DNA of 24,896 nt from a virus, in IMG/VR virus record IMGVR_UViG_3300005099_000002, positions 1 through 24,896 of that record; one strand, written 5' to 3'. The notes under the pieces were generated by a model. The model was not told where the DNA came from. It saw nothing but the letters and a program-made list of their open reading frames with translations, and did no database searches. Of the stretch, positions 8,345 to 16,464 are shown piece by piece. Both the position numbers and the translations under genes were made by a program. Position 1 is the first letter of the stretch. Each line of letters starts with the position of its first letter.

Positions 8345-8707
8345 ATGATGAAAAAAATAAAAATGGAAGAAATAGTCAAGAAATGGGTTAAAAACTATTA
8401 TACAACCGAGAAAGAATTCTCATTGAAACATCCGAAGCTCTACAAGGCTAATTTAGAGTTTTTTGAGGCTGTCAATGATTTACTCAGTGAAATTGTGGAT
8501 TACGCTGTAAAATGGTTTTCACAGCATCCTAAGAGTGAGACCTTTGTGGTTTTTGATTATAATCAACTTTCCTGTTGGACACAAATAATTGTAAAGTTTA
8601 CGCGAAACGGCGAGGTTTTCATTTTCAAAGCTTACCGTTACTCAGACAACTATAAAGTCGGAGAACAAGCACTATACATAAAAGACCTACTTACAGAAAA
8701 AATTTAA
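8345..8707 (+). CDS. Hypothetical protein (antisense accessory gene)
   Basis: 120 aa ORF with promoter/RBS; stop overlaps the convergent gp10-like stop. Confidence 0.75.
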   Translation: MMKKIKMEEIVKKWVKNYYTTEKEFSLKHPKLYKANLEFFEAVNDLLSEIVDYAVKWFSQHPKSETFVVFDYNQLSCWTQIIVKFTRNGEVFIFKAYRYSDNYKVGEQALYIKDLLTEKI

Positions 8708-9153
8708 CCCCTCAATATTTCTTTTATTTTGTTTTTTATCAGTCTTTTTACCAGTTTTTTATTTTTCATAAAAGCGGGACGCATGAATGGTTGCGGTTCG
8801 GTTCCTTGTTTTGCGATTTTTTGGGCGATGGCCCACGCGGCTTCTTCCGGCATACCGTGCAGGTGGGCCCAGCGTTTAAGCGGTTCCACCGGTGGAAAAT
8901 GTGGCAACGTACCGTATTCGACGTAAGGAGCATAAAAAACATTTGTTCCGACTTCAACTTTGTTAAACGCTGTTTGCTCGATGTGTATGCTGGCTCTTAA
9001 ACGACCGGTGTTAACGGGGCAAAACTGTTTAGCGTCAAACTCAATTATGTAGCCGGCAGCCATGAGAACCCGGCTTATTTCACGTTGCAGTTTCTCGGGT
9101 AGCTTTTGCATATCCACTTTGCTTTTTATTTTAACTTTCATGTTCATAGACAT
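8704..9153 (-). CDS. HK97 gp10-family tail completion protein
   Basis: AKQFCPVNTGRLRASI...GTNVFYAPYVEYGT...QPFMRPAF signature. Confidence 0.9.
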   Translation of the reverse strand: MSMNMKVKIKSKVDMQKLPEKLQREISRVLMAAGYIIEFDAKQFCPVNTGRLRASIHIEQTAFNKVEVGTNVFYAPYVEYGTLPHFPPVEPLKRWAHLHGMPEEAAWAIAQKIAKQGTEPQPFMRPAFMKNKKLVKRLIKNKIKEILRG

Positions 9154-9163
9154 TTTATTTCAC

Positions 9164-9229
9164 TTTTACCGGCGGCTGGTAAAACACGTCACATGTGTGA
9201 CATGTCGTTCCGTCATGGGTGACGGAACG
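9164..9229. repeat. Three adjacent inverted repeats in an intergenic gap
   Basis: TTTTACC/GGTAAAA 9164-9184; CGTCACA-TG-TGTGACA 9187-9202; CGTTCCGTCA/TGACGGAACG 9206-9229. Confidence 0.85.
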
Positions 9230-9230
9230 G

Positions 9231-9584
9231 TTATTGTTCTAGTTCTGTTAAGCTGATTTTTTTAACGGTTAGGCCGGCGTAGGTTGTGGTTTCCACTCGG
9301 GTTACGATGTATTTGTTTCCGTTGTATTCTAGGCGGTCGCCTTCTTCTACGTTTACGTCGCTGCTAACGTAGGCTTCGAAGTCTACGCCGCCGTATTTCT
9401 CGCCTTCGCTTCGCAGCTCTAAGCTTTTAGCCGTCATAGGTGTGACAAGTATTTTAACGGTTTCCTCCGTCCACGTGGAAGAAGACTCATCGAGCTCGTC
9501 GTAGTCGTTGTACATCGGTGAGCTAAGTTTTTTCAGTGTTGCGTCCACTCCAAGTTTTTTAATGAAAATATTTAGGGATTTCAC
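9231..9584 (-). CDS. Head closure protein (SPP1 gp16-like)
   Basis: EGDRLEYNGNKYIV.RV motif; position after adaptor. Confidence 0.7.
   Translation of the reverse strand: MKSLNIFIKKLGVDATLKKLSSPMYNDYDELDESSSTWTEETVKILVTPMTAKSLELRSEGEKYGGVDFEAYVSSDVNVEEGDRLEYNGNKYIVTRVETTTYAGLTVKKISLTELEQ
9432..9447. repeat. Dispersed palindrome copy (2 mismatches)
   Basis: CGTCATA-GG-TGTGACA, inside head closure gene. Confidence 0.6.
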
Positions 9585-9599
9585 CGGACCACACCAAAA

Positions 9600-10190
9600 T
9601 TAGTAGTGTAGGTTTTTCTTGTATTTGTTTAGCCGGGTTTTCGCCCATTCCGGCAGTGTTTCCGGGGTTTCATAGCTTATGTTTACACCGTTTAAACTTA
9701 TAGACGAGGCTATTCCGGCTTCAGCGTGTTTAAGCGGATATTTTTTCAGCCACTCAACACAAAGCTGAATACAAATAGTTTTAATTTCCGTGGGAACCGT
9801 GCTGTAACCGTACGAGTAGGTTACTTTAACCGCTTTTACCTTCGCCTTCCAGTACCATTTGTTCGGGTCCACATAACCGTTTGAAACCTTTACTAGGCGG
9901 CCGTCACGAAACCAAACGTAATGGGTGTTCTCCGTTAAGGTTGTACCGTCTTCCACGACCTCTGAAACCGCCGTTACAGGGTAGTTTTTCAACATTATGA
10001 CGTTGTGGCCTTTTCCTTTCCCGTCGTAGTACTCTACGACGTTTTCATGTAACGTGAAGTCCCGGTTACAGTACGCGTCGATTAAAGCGGAAACATGGCT
10101 TATTATCAGCGACACCGATGGGTCCGGGTTTGAGTCAAACGTCGTGTCGAGGTATTTTTCGATGTCGTCTTGTGTACAGTAGTCTGTCAC
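9600..10190 (-). CDS. Head-tail adaptor (HK97 gp6/SPP1 gp15-like)
   Basis: YCTQDDIEKYL...IDAYCNRDF...VKVTYSYGYSTVPTEIK signature. Confidence 0.85.
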   Translation of the reverse strand: MTDYCTQDDIEKYLDTTFDSNPDPSVSLIISHVSALIDAYCNRDFTLHENVVEYYDGKGKGHNVIMLKNYPVTAVSEVVEDGTTLTENTHYVWFRDGRLVKVSNGYVDPNKWYWKAKVKAVKVTYSYGYSTVPTEIKTICIQLCVEWLKKYPLKHAEAGIASSISLNGVNISYETPETLPEWAKTRLNKYKKNLHY

Positions 10191-10231
10191 CGCCGCAGGC
10201 CTCCGTTTTAACTGTTAATTGTAAAAAAGGG

Positions 10232-10657
10232 TTAAGGTGTTTTGTGTTTTTTCATGTGCGAGTTCAACGCGTTCTGCGAGTCGAACTTTTTACCGCAAAC
10301 CGGGCAAACATATTCTTTTTCCGGTGGTTTCTCCAGTTCCTCTATAAATTCGTTTATTTCTTCTTCGTAGGGTACCTTTAACTGTTTTAAGAGTTCTTTT
10401 GCGGCTGCGAACGGCAGTTTTTTCAACGCCGCTAAAATTCTCGGCCCAAGCTTCTTTTTCAACTCCGGGCTAACAAGTTTCTCGATGTCTTGTTCCTCGG
10501 GGAAAACCTCTTCGTAACCCATGTTTCTTAGTAAGATGGCGTCTTCCTCGTTGTCCACGGTGCAGAGATGGTTTTGGAAATAGAAGGCTTTGTCCGGTGT
10601 AGGCCTAGCTATTTCGTTTTTCCCCTCAGACCTAAAAGTCCAAGTTTTCTTACCCAT
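10232..10657 (-). CDS. Head-module protein with C-terminal classical C2H2 zinc finger
   Basis: YVCPVCGKKFDSQNALNSHMKKH matches C-x2-C-x3-F-x5-L-x2-H-x3-H. Confidence 0.8.
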   Translation of the reverse strand: MGKKTWTFRSEGKNEIARPTPDKAFYFQNHLCTVDNEEDAILLRNMGYEEVFPEEQDIEKLVSPELKKKLGPRILAALKKLPFAAAKELLKQLKVPYEEEINEFIEELEKPPEKEYVCPVCGKKFDSQNALNSHMKKHKTP

Positions 10658-10672
10658 TTTCTAGCCTCCTAT

Positions 10673-10918
10673 TTATTTGTCGCCTATTACGATGCCGGCG
10701 ACCGTCCCCGTATTCGTACTTGTTAAAGTTATAACGTTGCCGCTTACCGAGTAGGTTTCCAGTGCATTGCTGCAAATCAATATGGCTACGTCGATGCTTG
10801 AAAGCTCACTCACAGTCAGCGTGTCGTTTTGATTGTTTTTTGTTCCCTTTACGAAAACGCAATACTTGCTTAAATGTGGTGAAATTACTACTTGGGTTTT
10901 ATTTGATACTTCAGCCAT
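10673..10918 (-). CDS. Putative capsid decoration protein
   Basis: 81 aa beta-rich, immediately after MCP; positional inference. Confidence 0.45.
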   Translation of the reverse strand: MAEVSNKTQVVISPHLSKYCVFVKGTKNNQNDTLTVSELSSIDVAILICSNALETYSVSGNVITLTSTNTGTVAGIVIGDK

Positions 10919-10934
10919 ATTTTACCACACTCCT

Positions 10935-11972
10935 TTATGGTAGGTTTATTATTTTAGCACAGAATTGTTCCGCTTTAACTATGCCAACCTCGTAGACTTT
11001 TAGCATAAACTTGTAGCTGTCGTTGGTTCTCGCCAGTTCCTCCATGACCACGTCTTGCAGCACTCTCATCTCTATTACGCTGGTATCTAAGACTAAGAAA
11101 ACCCGTTTCTGGGCGGTGTTAGGCATATTTCTGCAAGGCATGATTGGAATGCCGTCGAAGTTTATAGCCTTTATACCGTAGTTTAACGTCCCCGAAACGT
11201 CCATGTAGGTTATGTTTTGCTGCAGTAGCGATTTTATTTTGTTGAAGGTCCGCCAATCGGTTACCATAAGGTTGGGGTCTCCGCCGTGCTCAATACATTG
11301 TCTAATAGCGTCTCTTATGGCTGCGACGCTTATCTCAGTGGTGCCACCGTTATTCGTAATGTTGGTGGTTATTTGTTTTAGGATTCCGTCGTAGCCGTTA
11401 GCATTATAATCGTATATAGCTGTGTCGTCACCGGAGTTAGTTGTACCCCTCAATAAGGTTTTTTCTTCCTTTAACCGTAGGGCCTCGGTGTGAATTTTAA
11501 TTTCCTGTTGCAACGCGTTTATGTATTCTTTGCTTGCGGCTACTGCAGGCCCGGTAAGTCGGCCCACAGAGTACAGGAACTTGATGTTAGCGGTTTTCTG
11601 CTCGTAGGTTGTGTCTGATTCATCTAGGGCGGCGTCTTCCGCCAGCCACGTGGCCGATGGCTTAGCGGTTATACGGTTGTATACCGCGGCTTTCCCGCGG
11701 TTAGTCACTCTCCTAATAACATCTAGGAACGGTGTTTTCTGCTTGGTTAGGTCTATGATTTCGGGGTCCACGTAGACCGGCACAATTGTGCCCACCGTGC
11801 TCAAAGTATAGGCTTTTTCGATGTCTGGTTCAAGCATTTTTCTCAGTTCTGGCCTTCTGTCGATTCCTCTCCATGGGTCCCAGTAGACGGTGCCGTCGTA
11901 CAGGTCTTTGAAACAGATTCTATATGCGAGGTCGGACATAAAGTTTTCACTTATTCTTCCAAACACGGACAT
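10935..11972 (-). CDS. Major capsid protein (HK97 fold)
   Basis: IVPVYVDPEII...TPFL, WLAEDA, GYDGI, IRDAI...GGDP..MV motifs; 345 aa; follows protease. Confidence 0.9.
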   Translation of the reverse strand: MSVFGRISENFMSDLAYRICFKDLYDGTVYWDPWRGIDRRPELRKMLEPDIEKAYTLSTVGTIVPVYVDPEIIDLTKQKTPFLDVIRRVTNRGKAAVYNRITAKPSATWLAEDAALDESDTTYEQKTANIKFLYSVGRLTGPAVAASKEYINALQQEIKIHTEALRLKEEKTLLRGTTNSGDDTAIYDYNANGYDGILKQITTNITNNGGTTEISVAAIRDAIRQCIEHGGDPNLMVTDWRTFNKIKSLLQQNITYMDVSGTLNYGIKAINFDGIPIMPCRNMPNTAQKRVFLVLDTSVIEMRVLQDVVMEELARTNDSYKFMLKVYEVGIVKAEQFCAKIINLP

Positions 11973-13108
11973 TACTCATCAACTCCAAAACGTTTTTTAA
12001 GAGCCATCTTCAAAATGCTTTCTTCTTTAGGTGTTTTTTCTTCTTGTTCGGGTGCCGCGTTCTCTTTCACGGCTTTCCTAACCGGTAGCTCTTTCAGTTT
12101 TTCTTCGACGGTTTTTTCGATTAGCGACTTAATTGTCACAGGTGTGACGTCCGCCTGTGCTTGGGCGGCCTCAGCTTGCTGTTCCTGTTTTTCCTGCCAC
12201 AGGTCTCTCAAAACTTCTTCTATTTTTGCTAGGCGTTCCTCTATTGTTTTTATTCTTTCCTCCAAATTTGACTCCTCCGTTTCGGATTCTTCTCCTCCTT
12301 CTTGTTGTTCTTGTTGTTGAGAGGTCTCTTCGACCTCTTTAAACAAAATAAAGTCGACAAGTTCTTTTTCGACGTCGGGGTCAACCGCCTTTATTTTACC
12401 GGCCCGCCTACCAATATAGGCACACAATCGCTGGGCGTTTTCTTTTTTAAGACCCCGACATCTCATAAAGTACTCTACGCACCCGTCGAACCCGTTTTTA
12501 AAGGTTCCATCCGGGTTAACGTAACGGTCACGGCAACTACTACCTGCTTTCACGGTTTCTTGAGACGTTTCCTTCACCACCTCGGGTTTTTCAATTGAAT
12601 CTAAACTTTTACTAAGCACTTCGATAAGGGTCTCCGGGTTCGCCGGAACATCCACCAAACTTACCTCGTATAGCTCCATTTTCGTTATTCTGCGGACCGG
12701 GCGGCCCAACGTCTTATCATAGTAGCGTTCGGCCTCTAATATTCGGCCGCCAATACTGTACGCTTTAAGTATGCCTTCTTTGACTAGTTGCCACGCTTCA
12801 TCAGCCGCCTTAATCCCCTTCAAAATCTTAGCTTTAAGTCTTAGGCCTTTGTGGTCGATTTTAAGGTCCAACGCCTTACCAATAGGCTGCTTCTGATGCA
12901 TGTAGCGTATCGTAGGGAACATCATGTATTTTTGGGCGGCCTCCTTCAACGCCTCACGTGTGACAATCTCATATTCCCGGTCCACCGTCTCCGTACTAGC
13001 ATAACCCTCAATTATTCTTTGTTCGTCGTCGAGAATTTTCTGGTCGGTCGCCGTCATAACCGCTTGAAACGGCACACTCATCTTAATTATTTCACGTTCA
13101 CCGCTCAC
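11972..13108 (-). CDS. HK97-type prohead protease with C-terminal scaffold-like region
   Basis: IEGYAS...DREYE, MHQKQPIGK, AYSIGG, LYEVSLVDVPANP; acidic linker and coiled-coil tail. Confidence 0.92.
   Translation of the reverse strand: MSGEREIIKMSVPFQAVMTATDQKILDDEQRIIEGYASTETVDREYEIVTREALKEAAQKYMMFPTIRYMHQKQPIGKALDLKIDHKGLRLKAKILKGIKAADEAWQLVKEGILKAYSIGGRILEAERYYDKTLGRPVRRITKMELYEVSLVDVPANPETLIEVLSKSLDSIEKPEVVKETSQETVKAGSSCRDRYVNPDGTFKNGFDGCVEYFMRCRGLKKENAQRLCAYIGRRAGKIKAVDPDVEKELVDFILFKEVEETSQQQEQQEGGEESETEESNLEERIKTIEERLAKIEEVLRDLWQEKQEQQAEAAQAQADVTPVTIKSLIEKTVEEKLKELPVRKAVKENAAPEQEEKTPKEESILKMALKKRFGVDE
12134..12149. repeat. Dispersed palindrome copy (1 mismatch)
   Basis: TGTCACA-GG-TGTGACG, in protease/scaffold linker. 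Confidence 0.85.
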
Positions 13109-13332
13109 TTCAGAAACCTCGCTGAAATAAATCTAACAAAATAAGCCGCAGCAATATATAATAAAATGCCGTAATAAACCCCGCAGCAAAAACTATAACA
13201 TCTACAAAAACCAAGTTTAAAAGAAATTAAAAAACAAACACCAACCTAAAAAATTAAACAAAATAAAGGGGTTGGGGGTTGTCGGGTCTGGTGTGTCCGG
13301 GGTTGGGTTGTTTTATTTAAGGGTTTTTGTTG

Positions 13333-13347
13333 TTACTATTGTAGTAA
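13333..13347. promoter_or_regulatory. Third copy of the TTACTA-N3-TAGTAA operator
   Basis: TTACTA-TTG-TAGTAA, 3 nt beyond the hjc stop. Confidence 0.6.
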
Positions 13348-13350
13348 AAG

Positions 13351-13719
13351 TTAGATGGGGTATATTTGTATGTATTTTGTTTGTTTTTCTTTTATTGCTA
13401 GGATTAGTTTTGCGTTTAGGGTTTTTGCTATTTGTATTTGTCGTTTCATTTGGGTTTTTGGGTAGTAGTTGTTTGTTTTACATTCGATTAATATTATTTC
13501 TTTTGTGTTTGGTTCTATTGCTATGAGGTCAATAGGTTTACTTCCTGCAAGTCTAAAAACTATATAGCCTTTATTTTCAAATCGCCGTTTGACCTTATAT
13601 TCAAATTTTCTAGCATAAATCATTCTTGCTTTCTGAATCTTCCTGTTTTTCTCTTTTTCCAAAAGCTCGAAAAAACGTTTTTTCTGCAATATATTTAATT
13701 TGTTTTCCATTTTTATCAC
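13351..13719 (-). CDS. hjc: Archaeal Holliday junction resolvase-like PD-(D/E)xK nuclease (ATG at 13710 likely start)
   Basis: FEYKVKRRFENKGYIVFRLAGSKPIDLIAI...IILIECKT matches the Hjc motif. Confidence 0.8.
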   Translation of the reverse strand: MIKMENKLNILQKKRFFELLEKEKNRKIQKARMIYARKFEYKVKRRFENKGYIVFRLAGSKPIDLIAIEPNTKEIILIECKTNNYYPKTQMKRQIQIAKTLNAKLILAIKEKQTKYIQIYPI

Positions 13720-13725
13720 TTACAT

Positions 13726-13881
13726 CTAAATGGGTGATATTATTCGGGTGAAGCCGCAGTTTGGGCATTTGTATTCTCTTGCTGGGATTAGTTCTGCTGA
13801 GGCTGCGTCGAAAAAATAGCATATTTTTGTTTTTAGTTTGTGGTTGCAGAGCGGGCAGACGTTAACTTTTAGAACATTCAT
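13726..13881 (-). CDS. Zn-ribbon protein (51 aa; not in ORF track)
   Basis: MNVLKVNVCPLCNHKLKTKICYFFDAASAELIPAREYKCPNCGFTRIISPI. Confidence 0.7.
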   Translation of the reverse strand: MNVLKVNVCPLCNHKLKTKICYFFDAASAELIPAREYKCPNCGFTRIISPI

Positions 13882-14011
13882 TTAAGTGGGCCTCTTTTAG
13901 TTTTTTATGGGTTTCACGGTTGTCTGCGATTAGTATGGTGCCGCAGTAAGGGCACACCCAAATATAGGCTTCTCTATCCCTAAGCAGCGTGTTAAGTTCT
14001 TTTAGACCCAT
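13862..14011 (-). CDS. Zn-finger-like protein (49 aa; not in ORF track)
   Basis: MGLKELNTLLRDREAYIWVCPYCGTILIADNRETHKKLKEAHLNECSKS; overlaps portal stop and next start. Confidence 0.65.
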   Translation of the reverse strand: MGLKELNTLLRDREAYIWVCPYCGTILIADNRETHKKLKEAHLNECSKS

Positions 14012-16433
14012 TTTTGCCACCATTTTTTATTATTCCGAAGAGTTTAAGCCAACTGTAAACGGCAAAATGAGTTACACCGAGTTCGTCGGCAATTTTACGC
14101 GTACTTAAACCGCTACTATATTTTTCCCGCAAATAATCATATATATTAATGTTGTATTTTTGTTCGAGTTCAATCATGGTCTTTGTTTTTTTGATGTAGC
14201 GGCCGTCTTCGGTTAGAATCGCGTTTTTACTTATTATTGGTACGATTGTGCAGCGGCAGTTTGGATGTAAGGGTGGTACGTCTATTTGGCCGAAACGCGG
14301 CGAAATAAACTTAGCTAGCAGCGGTACTTTTTGGTTGGCCATTTCAAGGCAGTCGGGACACGTACGGTCATCGTAGGTTACAATCCACTGTTTGCCTTCG
14401 ACCACGTCTGATTTTTGGTAGCCGATTAAACGGCCCATATTCGACGCTCTTATTGTCTCGGTGCGTGCGATTCTCTCGGCTTCCCAGTCCGTTAACGTGC
14501 TAAACTCCTCTTTTATCAGCTCGCCCATTTTATCTATTGATAGGCCGGTTTGCAGGCCTTCGATTAAAACGTTTCTTATACGGTCTCTTACTTGTTCATA
14601 TTTGGATGTGGCTAAGAGCTGCGTATAGGTTTCAATGTAATGTACGGCTAACGGGTCCTCCAAGTCGAAGGTGGCCTCTAAGTTGAGTTCTTGGGCGGCT
14701 TTACGGAAACCTAGCAAAATGGCGTTTAACATGTATTTTTTAAGGAACTCTTTGAACTCTTGGGCGTGGCCGCTTAAAACCTTTTCAATAAGGTCCCGGA
14801 AAACTTTAACATCCTTTTCCAGTAGGGGTTTACCGTTAAGCTGTTTCATGGCTTCCGCGAATTTCTCGCTTTTAAGGAAATTTATGAGTTCGTTTACATG
14901 TTTTTTAAAAAGTTTTTGTAGGTCTTCGGTGAACTTTTTTTCGAAGGTTTTTAGGCCCCATATTTCCCGTGGGTCCCGTGGGTCGCTGCTTGGGTTGGGG
15001 AGTTTGTAGAATTCGTCGCGGTGTGTCACATGTGTGACATTGGTCTCGGTGTTCTCGCTCGGTATAATGGGATTATCGGTTGTTAGGGCTTTTTTATTTG
15101 CGAGTGTTATTGGCGGTATTGATGGTTGTGTTCCGGTTACGGATTCGAACGGGTAGTTTTGCGGCATAAAAAGGGGTCTGTTTCCCCATGGAACCGGGTC
15201 TAACCCCATTTCTCGGCGGACTTCGTTTATTGTTTTAAGGCCGGTTCTTATTTCACGTTCCCATATTGCTATTTGCCGTTCTTTTTCGAAACGGTCGCGG
15301 TGCGGTGCAAACTTAAACATAACGTCGTCGAAACCGAACTCCGGAATAATCTCCGTGTTAATGTGATATTCTAAAAGTCTCAGTAAGGGTCCTAGTCCTT
15401 TACGTCGGAAAACTTCGCTTTGCTCCTCGCTTGTGGCCCGGTTAACTGTCTCCGTTAATCCCAGCTCGTTCGGTGTAACTTTGAACGCGGCCATTACGAG
15501 CTTGAAATACCATCTTTGACTTTCTAAGAACTGCATTTCTTTATTTGTAAGCGTAAACTGCTGCCATTTAAAATCACGGTTAATGATAGGTAGTTTGTGG
15601 GGTTTTCCTTTTACTTCGGTTTCCCACCATCTAATAAAGTTCTCAAACTCTGTTTCACTTATGTCCAATAAAGATAGTACGCCGCTGGGTATGCTTTCGC
15701 TGAAATATTTCTCGTTCCACTCTAAGCTTTTAATTAAGGTTTTTACGACGGTTAAAATGGATTGTACAGGTGAGAAACCGTAACAAGAATAAGAACGCGG
15801 ATTTTGCATAATATAGACGATTTCTTTTTCCGTGAAAAATATCGGTTTTGATTGCGGGTTTTTAAAACTATACTGATAGTAGCCCTGTACCACGCCGTGT
15901 TCATCAACCTTTTTAAGAAATGTGGCTCCGTCTGCGGCGTAAATTTCACGTAGTTGGCTTTTTTCGTCGAAAACCTTAACGATAACACCGGCATCTATCT
16001 CCAAGATGTCTCTTACGACTTGCCGTAATATTTGTTCGAAGCTTTCATCGTTAATGTTGGGGTTTTCGAAAAACCGTTTAACTATACGGCAGTGTTCTAA
16101 AACGATGGGGTTGTTGACGTGTTTCGGGTCCTTTGGAACAATGTCCCATTCTACGCTGCAAACCTCGTCGATAAGAGTGTCGATACATATTCGGCACCAC
16201 GCGGTTTGAGCCATTTCCCGTATTTCGTAGATGTTTACTTTCCGCGGGACACCGTAAGGTGCACGCCAAAACCAGTGGGGCGTAACGGTTTTACGGTAAC
16301 TTCTTTTTTCTTTTACACCTTGATAAACCGTTATATTTTGATAGGCGGCGTCGACTACGCCCTTCTCCACCGTATCATAGGTTAATGTAGGGTTTTGTTT
16401 CGACCGTTTAAAAAACTTGAATATACGCGACAT
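13992..16433 (-). CDS. Portal protein fused to MuF (SPP1 gp7-like) domain and C-terminal HTH
   Basis: HK97-type portal motifs (YGFSP, EMQFLE, FKVTPNELG); MuF motifs (AERIARTET, DDRTCPDC, PPLHPNCRC); HTH GLSTRKIADELGVTHFAVYSWLK. Confidence 0.92.
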   Translation of the reverse strand: MSRIFKFFKRSKQNPTLTYDTVEKGVVDAAYQNITVYQGVKEKRSYRKTVTPHWFWRAPYGVPRKVNIYEIREMAQTAWCRICIDTLIDEVCSVEWDIVPKDPKHVNNPIVLEHCRIVKRFFENPNINDESFEQILRQVVRDILEIDAGVIVKVFDEKSQLREIYAADGATFLKKVDEHGVVQGYYQYSFKNPQSKPIFFTEKEIVYIMQNPRSYSCYGFSPVQSILTVVKTLIKSLEWNEKYFSESIPSGVLSLLDISETEFENFIRWWETEVKGKPHKLPIINRDFKWQQFTLTNKEMQFLESQRWYFKLVMAAFKVTPNELGLTETVNRATSEEQSEVFRRKGLGPLLRLLEYHINTEIIPEFGFDDVMFKFAPHRDRFEKERQIAIWEREIRTGLKTINEVRREMGLDPVPWGNRPLFMPQNYPFESVTGTQPSIPPITLANKKALTTDNPIIPSENTETNVTHVTHRDEFYKLPNPSSDPRDPREIWGLKTFEKKFTEDLQKLFKKHVNELINFLKSEKFAEAMKQLNGKPLLEKDVKVFRDLIEKVLSGHAQEFKEFLKKYMLNAILLGFRKAAQELNLEATFDLEDPLAVHYIETYTQLLATSKYEQVRDRIRNVLIEGLQTGLSIDKMGELIKEEFSTLTDWEAERIARTETIRASNMGRLIGYQKSDVVEGKQWIVTYDDRTCPDCLEMANQKVPLLAKFISPRFGQIDVPPLHPNCRCTIVPIISKNAILTEDGRYIKKTKTMIELEQKYNINIYDYLREKYSSGLSTRKIADELGVTHFAVYSWLKLFGIIKNGGKNGSKRT
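15024..15039. repeat. Dispersed palindrome copy (perfect)
   Basis: TGTCACA-TG-TGTGACA, in portal-MuF linker. Confidence 0.9.
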
Positions 16434-16455
16434 ATTATTTTATTCCGCATTATTT

Positions 16456-16464
16456 TTTATAAAA
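16456..16464 (-). promoter_or_regulatory. TATA box for a probably leaderless portal transcript
   Basis: TTTTATAAA 23-31 nt upstream of portal ATG; no RBS. Confidence 0.45.

Noticed and set aside
12950-12965. CGCCTCA-CG-TGTGACA as a palindrome copy
   Set aside because: Only one good half-site (three mismatches)
13272-13526. Very hydrophobic 84-aa plus-strand ORF resembling a membrane protein
   Set aside because: Antisense of the Lys/Asn-rich hjc gene and the T/G-rich spacer; hydrophobicity is a compositional artefact
13610-13822. 70-aa minus-strand ORF
   Set aside because: Overlaps hjc and the Zn-ribbon ORF 13726..13881 in another frame; those have recognisable motifs
13992-16433. Intein or intron explaining the long portal
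   Set aside because: Extra length is accounted for by MuF and HTH; no intein end motifs or LAGLIDADG motif
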